From assembly GCA_025340205.1 (NCBI GenBank), contig CP006868.1:1410001-1442000 (forward strand): a DNA stretch of 32,000 nt. Reading direction: 5' to 3'. A program made the position numbers and the translations under genes. Shown here one piece after another: positions 26,788 to 32,000 of this stretch (position 1 is the stretch's first letter; the number at the start of each line of letters is the position of its first letter). The DNA comes from Ignicoccus pacificus DSM 13166 (GTDB taxonomy: Archaea > Thermoproteota > Thermoprotei_A > Sulfolobales > Ignicoccaceae). The notes under the pieces were generated by a model. That model searched no databases. It was given only the letters and a program-made list of their open reading frames with translations, and was not told the origin of the DNA.

Positions 26788-27810
26788 GTGCCAGTAACGG
26801 TCCTCGTGGGAGCCCTCTTCGGAGACGAAGGAAAGGGCAAGATAGCCGCTTACCTCTCTCACCTCCAATCTCCGAGCTACATGGTCCGGACGGGGGCAAT
26901 TAACGCCGGTCACACCGTCTATCACAATGGAAAGGAATACAAGCTGAGGGCACTCCCCTCAGGATTGGTGACGTTCAGAGATGGAAAGGGAGGTACCGCT
27001 CCGGGTGCTCTCATAAGCATAGAAGTACTGAGGAGAGAGGTCGAGCTGCTGGGACTCTCCAAGGAACAAGTTCTTGTAGATGAGAGGACGGGTATAATTG
27101 AGGATAAGCACGTGGAGAAGGAGAGGAGAGACGCTCACCTCGCCGGTAAGATAGGCTCTACCTTAACCGGAGTAGGGGCGGCGATGAGCGATAGGGTAAT
27201 GAGGAGGTTAAAGTTAGCCAGGGACTTCAAAGAAGAGATAGAGAGGTTCGCTACGGTAGTAGACCTTCCGGAGCTGTTGTACGAGGCCATAGACAGTTAT
27301 AAGGTAGTTCACATCGAGGGGACTCAAGGCTATGGCTTGAGCTTGTTCCACGGCACCTACCCTTACGTGACCTCCAGAGACGTCACCGCCTCCGCTGCCC
27401 TGAGCGAGGCTGGTCTCTCCCCCTCCGACGCTTCCGACGTGATTCTGGTCACCAAGGCGTTCGTCACCAGAGTGGGAAGCGGTCCCCTGAAGGGTGAGCT
27501 CAGCGAGGAGGAGGCGAGGAGGAGGGGACTGATAGAGTTCGGAACAGTAACGGGAAGGATGAGGAGGGTAGCTCCTCTGGAGGAGAACTTGGACTTGCTC
27601 AAGAGGGCAGCTAGGGCGAACGGGGCGACTAAGCTAGCGGTTACTAAGGTCGATGTCTTGTTCCCGAAGGCGAAGGGCGTGACTAGGTGGAGCGACCTTC
27701 CAGACGAGGCGAAGAGGTGGCTTTTCGATCTAGAGAAGGAAGTAGGCGTCCCCATCTGTTTTGTTGGAACCGGTCCCGAAGCATTGGAAACCGTGGGGTG
27801 TGAGGCATGA
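26788..27810 (+). CDS. purA: Adenylosuccinate synthetase
   Basis: VGALFGDEGKGK, INAGHTVY, EGTQGYGLSLFHGTYPYVTSRD; 340 aa, GTG start. Confidence 0.95.
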   Translation: MPVTVLVGALFGDEGKGKIAAYLSHLQSPSYMVRTGAINAGHTVYHNGKEYKLRALPSGLVTFRDGKGGTAPGALISIEVLRREVELLGLSKEQVLVDERTGIIEDKHVEKERRDAHLAGKIGSTLTGVGAAMSDRVMRRLKLARDFKEEIERFATVVDLPELLYEAIDSYKVVHIEGTQGYGLSLFHGTYPYVTSRDVTASAALSEAGLSPSDASDVILVTKAFVTRVGSGPLKGELSEEEARRRGLIEFGTVTGRMRRVAPLEENLDLLKRAARANGATKLAVTKVDVLFPKAKGVTRWSDLPDEAKRWLFDLEKEVGVPICFVGTGPEALETVGCEA

Positions 27811-29204
27811 ACGAGTTCGACGTGTTGATAGTTGGTGCTGGACCCGCTGGTATGTTCGCTGCGCTGAAGATAGCCGAACTCACGGACGGAAAGGCTAGAG
27901 TAGGAATAATCGAAAAGGGATACTACGCCAAGCAGAGGATCTGCCCTCTTCAAGAGCCTAGGATAGGGAAGTGCACCTACTGCAGACCTTGCCACATCCT
28001 CTACGGAGTGGGTGGAGCCGGTACCCTATCTTCCGGTTTGATCAACCTAAGACCGGACATAGGAGGTGATTTGCACGAGCTCGTCGGGAGCTGGGAGAGG
28101 GCTTGGGAGCTGATAGAAGAGGTTGACAAGATATTCCTAAGGTTCGGCGCTCCTCCAGACACCTTACACGAGCCGGACTTGGACAAGGTCAAGGAGATCG
28201 AAAAGAGAGCCGTCAAGGTAGGAGCTAAGTTCGTACCAATAAGACAGAGACATATAGGAACGGACAACTCCATAAAGGTAATAGATAATATGACCAAGTA
28301 CTTGGAGAGTAAGGGAGTCAAGTTCATCATCGGAACTGAGGCGCTGGACGTAGACATGGTTGACTCTAAGTTCAGAGTGAAGACTACCAAGGGAACCTTC
28401 GAGAGCAAGTACTTGCTACTAGCTCCCGGAAGAGGAGGAGCCGAGTGGTTCGTGAAGATAGCTAGGAAGTTGGGCGTCACCTTGGAGAGCGGTCCTCTCG
28501 ACGTCGGAGTCAGGGTAGAGGTTCCTCACGCCGTAATGGACGATATCATAAGCATAGAGGTCGATCCTAAGATAATAATATACACCAAGACATTCGATGA
28601 CAAGGTAAGGACCTTCTGTACCAATCACAGAGGCTTCATAGTGAAGGAGGTTTACGACGACGGAACGGTCGGGGTTAACGGTCACGCCTACCTAAACAAG
28701 AAGAGCGACAACACCAACTTCGCCTTCCTGGTCACGATAAAGCTCACGGATCCAATGGAGGATACCATAGAGTACGGAAAGAACCTGGCTAGGCTGGCCA
28801 CCAGGCTCGGAGGAGGCAATCCTCTGATACAGAGGCTCATCGACTTGGAGAGCGGTAGGAGAAGCACTTGGGAGAGGATCAAGAGAAGCGTCACCAGACC
28901 TACCTTGAAGGAAGTGACTCCGGGAGACATAAGCATGGCATACCCCTACAGGATAATAACCGACATACTGGAAGGTCTGAAGAGCTTAGACTACATAATA
29001 CCCGGAGTCTTCGGCCCGCACACCTTGCTCTACGCTCCAGAGATAAAGTACTATAGCATGAAGGCTAGGGTTGACAGGACCATGGAGACCGACGTGGCAA
29101 ACTTGTACGCTGCGGGAGATGGGGCTGGGCTATCGAGAGGAATAAACGTGGCCGCCGCTACCGGATTAGTAGCGGGAGAGGCCATAGCTAGAAAGCTCAG
29201 CTGA
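27807..29204 (+). CDS. FAD-dependent dehydrogenase (COG2509-like)
   Basis: DVLIVGAGPAGMFAAL Rossmann motif, LLLAPGRGGAEWF, NLYAAGDGAGLSRGINVAAATG; overlaps purA by 4 nt (ATGA). Confidence 0.88.
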   Translation: MNEFDVLIVGAGPAGMFAALKIAELTDGKARVGIIEKGYYAKQRICPLQEPRIGKCTYCRPCHILYGVGGAGTLSSGLINLRPDIGGDLHELVGSWERAWELIEEVDKIFLRFGAPPDTLHEPDLDKVKEIEKRAVKVGAKFVPIRQRHIGTDNSIKVIDNMTKYLESKGVKFIIGTEALDVDMVDSKFRVKTTKGTFESKYLLLAPGRGGAEWFVKIARKLGVTLESGPLDVGVRVEVPHAVMDDIISIEVDPKIIIYTKTFDDKVRTFCTNHRGFIVKEVYDDGTVGVNGHAYLNKKSDNTNFAFLVTIKLTDPMEDTIEYGKNLARLATRLGGGNPLIQRLIDLESGRRSTWERIKRSVTRPTLKEVTPGDISMAYPYRIITDILEGLKSLDYIIPGVFGPHTLLYAPEIKYYSMKARVDRTMETDVANLYAAGDGAGLSRGINVAAATGLVAGEAIARKLS

Positions 29205-29257
29205 GGATGATATGGTTACGCACATCTGATTTTATGATGAAAAGGTGGCTGTTTGAC

Positions 29258-29818
29258 TCATTTGCTCCTCCAATCCTTCAAGTGACCTATCATCATGCTC
29301 AGAGGAGCTAGCAGTATCGCCGAGAACAGCACGCTGGCCAGCACTTGACAGTATCCGGAACACCTGCTTCCGAGCTCTCCTGCTAGAAGGCCCGCTCCAA
29401 AGGAGTACATCATCAGTCCCTTCAAGGAATAGCTCCTTATCTCAGCCACGTCTTTCTCCATCTTTTCGTACACTGACTTGAACTCTTGCATTAGTCTTTT
29501 CAGTTCGAGTTCCACGCTCTTAGCTCTCTCGGGCTCGTGGAACAAGGATATTTCCTTGCTCTTTGCCCTGGTCACGTAGGCCCACAACTGCCTAAGTATT
29601 TCCACTTTCTTTTCCAAGGCGTTAGCATATATCAACCAACCTATTCCCATTAAGAAGAGGCCTCCCACGGAGATAGGGAAAAACGGTATCAGTTCTCCGG
29701 CTGCCAAGCCCACGAAGAACAAGGCGACAACTAGCGCTATCTCCCTTTTTCTCACTATAGAGTTGGTAAGTGCTTTCATACTTTCTATCATTTGATCCGA
29801 AGGGTTCAGCTCTACCAT
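29258..29818 (-). CDS. Membrane protein with central coiled coil
   Basis: 186 aa; TM pairs at both ends flanking a charged helical segment. Confidence 0.65.
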   Translation of the reverse strand: MVELNPSDQMIESMKALTNSIVRKREIALVVALFFVGLAAGELIPFFPISVGGLFLMGIGWLIYANALEKKVEILRQLWAYVTRAKSKEISLFHEPERAKSVELELKRLMQEFKSVYEKMEKDVAEIRSYSLKGLMMYSFGAGLLAGELGSRCSGYCQVLASVLFSAILLAPLSMMIGHLKDWRSK

Positions 29819-29866
29819 GTCCTTTAACCGGCTAAGGCTTCAAACATATGATAAAAAGTAGGGTTC

Positions 29867-30301
29867 TCAGATCTCCTCTAACTCTTCTCTGAGCATCTCG
29901 AGGAGTCTCTTCATTACCATCTCCGCCGCTACCGCGAAGGCGAGGTCTCTAAGCGAGACTATTCCTAGAAGCTCATCGTTTTCGTTGACTACTGGCAAGT
30001 GTCTTACGCCGTGCATCCTCATCATTTCGAGAGCCTTCAACACGCTGGTCTCCGGTGCTACAGCGTAGACCTCCTCGCTCATTATTGTGCTTACTGGAGC
30101 GTCTAGGTCAGCCCCCTCAGCTATTGCCCTTACCAAGTCCCTCTCGGTCACGATCCCCACTATCTCGCCGTCCTTTACGACCACTAGGCTCCCTATTCCT
30201 AGCTCGTTCATCTTCTTTGCTGCCTCCCTTATGCTGGCGTCGGCGTCTATCACTGCTACGGGAGTGCTCATGACTTCGCGGACGGCTATTCCTCTTACCA
30301 T
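29867..30301 (-). CDS. CBS-domain pair protein
   Basis: VMSTPVAVIDADASIREAAKKMNELGIGSLVVV...IVTERDLV...HLPVVNENDELLGIVSLRDL. Confidence 0.93.
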   Translation of the reverse strand: MVRGIAVREVMSTPVAVIDADASIREAAKKMNELGIGSLVVVKDGEIVGIVTERDLVRAIAEGADLDAPVSTIMSEEVYAVAPETSVLKALEMMRMHGVRHLPVVNENDELLGIVSLRDLAFAVAAEMVMKRLLEMLREELEEI

Positions 30302-30369
30302 TTTACCACCGTTACTCCTTCCACGCCCTACCCTTTATGCGGTAGCCCCGCCCTTCTCGGGGGAGGTCC

Positions 30370-30831
30370 TTGATACCTCTCAAGGAACTCAGGAGGGCAT
30401 TGGAAGAGCTCGGTGCCGATGGAATAACGGCCTTTGAGGCGGCTGAAGAGAGTGTGACTTACGGTACCAACTGCTTCGAGATAGTTCTGTCAGAAAGGCC
30501 TTACGCAGGAATAAGATTCCAATACGATCAATATAGTGAGAGCGTTAGGCCGCTGATATTGAGAATACATATAAAGAAAAAGGAATTTAACGTCCCAAAG
30601 GAGCTCGTAGAGAGTCTGCTGCCAGCGCTCGTCTCCGCTGAGGAGGACGAAGAGTGGATGAGCATAGCGCTAAGACTGCCCAAGGAAGACGATCCCAGGA
30701 AGTTGATTGAGAGTGCTATGGAGGTAGTGAAGACGTTCAACTTGAGGATAGGAGGTTCTGAAAGCAAGATCTACGGATACGTACCAGTCGATTGTGGCCC
30801 TTATCTAGAGTACGCTCTTAAGAACCAATAA
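30370..30831 (+). CDS. Hypothetical protein
   Basis: 153-aa ORF with plausible composition, convergent with the TsaC-family gene. Confidence 0.6.
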   Translation: MIPLKELRRALEELGADGITAFEAAEESVTYGTNCFEIVLSERPYAGIRFQYDQYSESVRPLILRIHIKKKEFNVPKELVESLLPALVSAEEDEEWMSIALRLPKEDDPRKLIESAMEVVKTFNLRIGGSESKIYGYVPVDCGPYLEYALKNQ

Positions 30832-31428
30832 TATTTCCTTCAAGCTTATGGGTCCTTCCCTAAGCACCTTTATCTCTTTCCCAGTCAGGTCTATTACCGT
30901 ACTCGCTTGTCCGAGCTCGCAAGGCCCAGCGTCTATCGCTAAGTCCGCCTCCACGGTAACTTCCTCTATCCTCTTTGGACTCCTTCCCCCGCTTATGTTC
31001 GCAGAGGTGACGGCTAACGGACCCACTTCCTTCAGGAGCCTCAAGGTAAAGGGGTGCGCTGGAACCCTAAGGCCGACCTTTCCCGTTCCGGCCGTGACGA
31101 ACTCCGGCACCGTAGGCTTCGCCTTTAGTACCATAGTCAACGGTCCTGGCCAGAACCTCTTTGCTAATGCCTTAGCCCTTTCGTCGAGGTATGCCACTTT
31201 CTCCAAGTCTTCTAGGGATGCTTGAACGGGCAACGGCTTGCTCTTAGGCCTTTTCTTTATTTCATAGATCTTCCAAGCGTGTTCGAGCTTCGAGGCTATG
31301 CCGTAGACCGTCTCTGTGGGAACTATTACCAATCCTCCTCTCTCCAAGACCTCCTTAGCTTCCCTCAGCGCTTCCTCTAGACCCACCTCGCTGAGCTTGA
31401 GAACCCTCAACCTTCCTCCCTCCGCCAC
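30805..31428 (-). CDS. Sua5/YciO/YrdC (TsaC-type) threonylcarbamoyl-AMP synthase
   Basis: GGLVIVPTETVYGIAS, KKRPKSKPLPV, AVTSANISGG, GQASTVIDL; true start may be slightly internal because the track start overlaps the upstream gene. Confidence 0.92.
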   Translation of the reverse strand: MAEGGRLRVLKLSEVGLEEALREAKEVLERGGLVIVPTETVYGIASKLEHAWKIYEIKKRPKSKPLPVQASLEDLEKVAYLDERAKALAKRFWPGPLTMVLKAKPTVPEFVTAGTGKVGLRVPAHPFTLRLLKEVGPLAVTSANISGGRSPKRIEEVTVEADLAIDAGPCELGQASTVIDLTGKEIKVLREGPISLKEILLVLKSVL

Positions 31429-31942
31429 TGCCTCGGAGGAACTCGAAAACTATGAAGCCTACCAAGAAGCCCCCAACGACATCCAAGGGGTAGTGCATGC
31501 ACAGCTCTATCCTAGACCAGCCTACCAGAAACGCATAGATCAAAGCCGGGATCCTAAGTTGGGGGTACAAGTAACCTATCCAGAGAGCGACCCACATGGC
31601 CCTAGCAGAGTGACCCGAGGGGTATCCTAAGCCCTCTATATCACATAGACTAGCTGGGACGCCTATGGGCCTGGGACTCTGGAACACGCACTTGAGAGCC
31701 GCCACTGCTACGTTAAGCGCTATAGCGGAAAGCACTACTTCCTTCCAGTTAATTCCCTTCCTTGTTGCCAAGTATGCTATAACAACTACCCATATGATAA
31801 AGGAGGTTAGCTTCTGCGTATAAGATATCCAATACGCTACCTCCTTAAGTCCCTCTACGCTGAAACAAGGTATCCTGGTAGCGAAAGGTCCAAGGATCAC
31901 CAAGAGTACTAGAGCCGCTATCAGCGCTACCCTCGACCTCAC
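31355..31942 (-). CDS. PAP2-superfamily membrane phosphatase
   Basis: KCVFQSPRP (Kx6RP), GYPSGHSAR (PSGH), SRIELCMHYPLD (SRx5Hx3D) motifs; multiple TM segments. Confidence 0.9.
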   Translation of the reverse strand: MRSRVALIAALVLLVILGPFATRIPCFSVEGLKEVAYWISYTQKLTSFIIWVVVIAYLATRKGINWKEVVLSAIALNVAVAALKCVFQSPRPIGVPASLCDIEGLGYPSGHSARAMWVALWIGYLYPQLRIPALIYAFLVGWSRIELCMHYPLDVVGGFLVGFIVFEFLRGSGGGRKVEGSQAQRGGSRGSAEGS

Positions 31943-32000
31943 CTCGGGTCTCCAAGCCTTCCCATGCTACGTGAGGCGTTTAATCGTATACCCATTCTCT

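Noticed and set aside
27363-28480. 210-aa and 159-aa minus-strand ORFs
   Set aside because: Lie antisense to purA and the FAD dehydrogenase, both of which have clear motifs; low-complexity Ser/Leu/Pro composition indicates shadow frames.
30055-30437. Arg/Ser/Leu-rich plus-strand ORFs over the CBS gene
   Set aside because: Antisense shadows of a convincing two-CBS-domain protein.
1-32000. CRISPR arrays, rRNA, tRNA, transposases
   Set aside because: No regularly spaced direct repeats, conserved RNA sequences or transposase/integrase motifs were seen by eye; a covariance-model scan would be needed to exclude small RNAs.

Overview
The window looks like a compact, gene-dense archaeal chromosome, most likely Desulfurococcales and probably Ignicoccus-like. 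I infer this from protein content; no 16S or tRNA gene is visible. Most genes are housekeeping or conserved: archaeal phosphoglycolate phosphatase, Trm-G10-type methyltransferase, shikimate dehydrogenase, RNase HI, proteasome-activating nucleotidase, a stand-alone ThiI-type PP-loop enzyme, a group II PLP decarboxylase, adenylosuccinate synthetase with an FAD dehydrogenase, CBS, TsaC/Sua5 and PAP2. The parts most worth a second look are: (1) a surface-fiber locus at about 11.0-14.6 kb, with an Iho670-like fiber pilin, a paralogous second pilin and a polytopic membrane protein between them; (2) a low-GC AAA ATPase plus 103-aa protein cassette at 2974-4496, a candidate accessory or defense module; (3) an MNT/HEPN pair whose HEPN gene is broken by a -1 frameshift with both halves still legible; (4) a translationally coupled PIN / 66-aa / UspA operon; (5) a perfect 18-bp palindrome that can hide the Shine-Dalgarno site of a surface metallophosphoesterase; (6) a PAN ATPase with no recognizable C-terminal HbYX motif; (7) pervasive zero-gap or overlapping convergent gene ends. 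No CRISPR array, rRNA, tRNA or transposase was seen.
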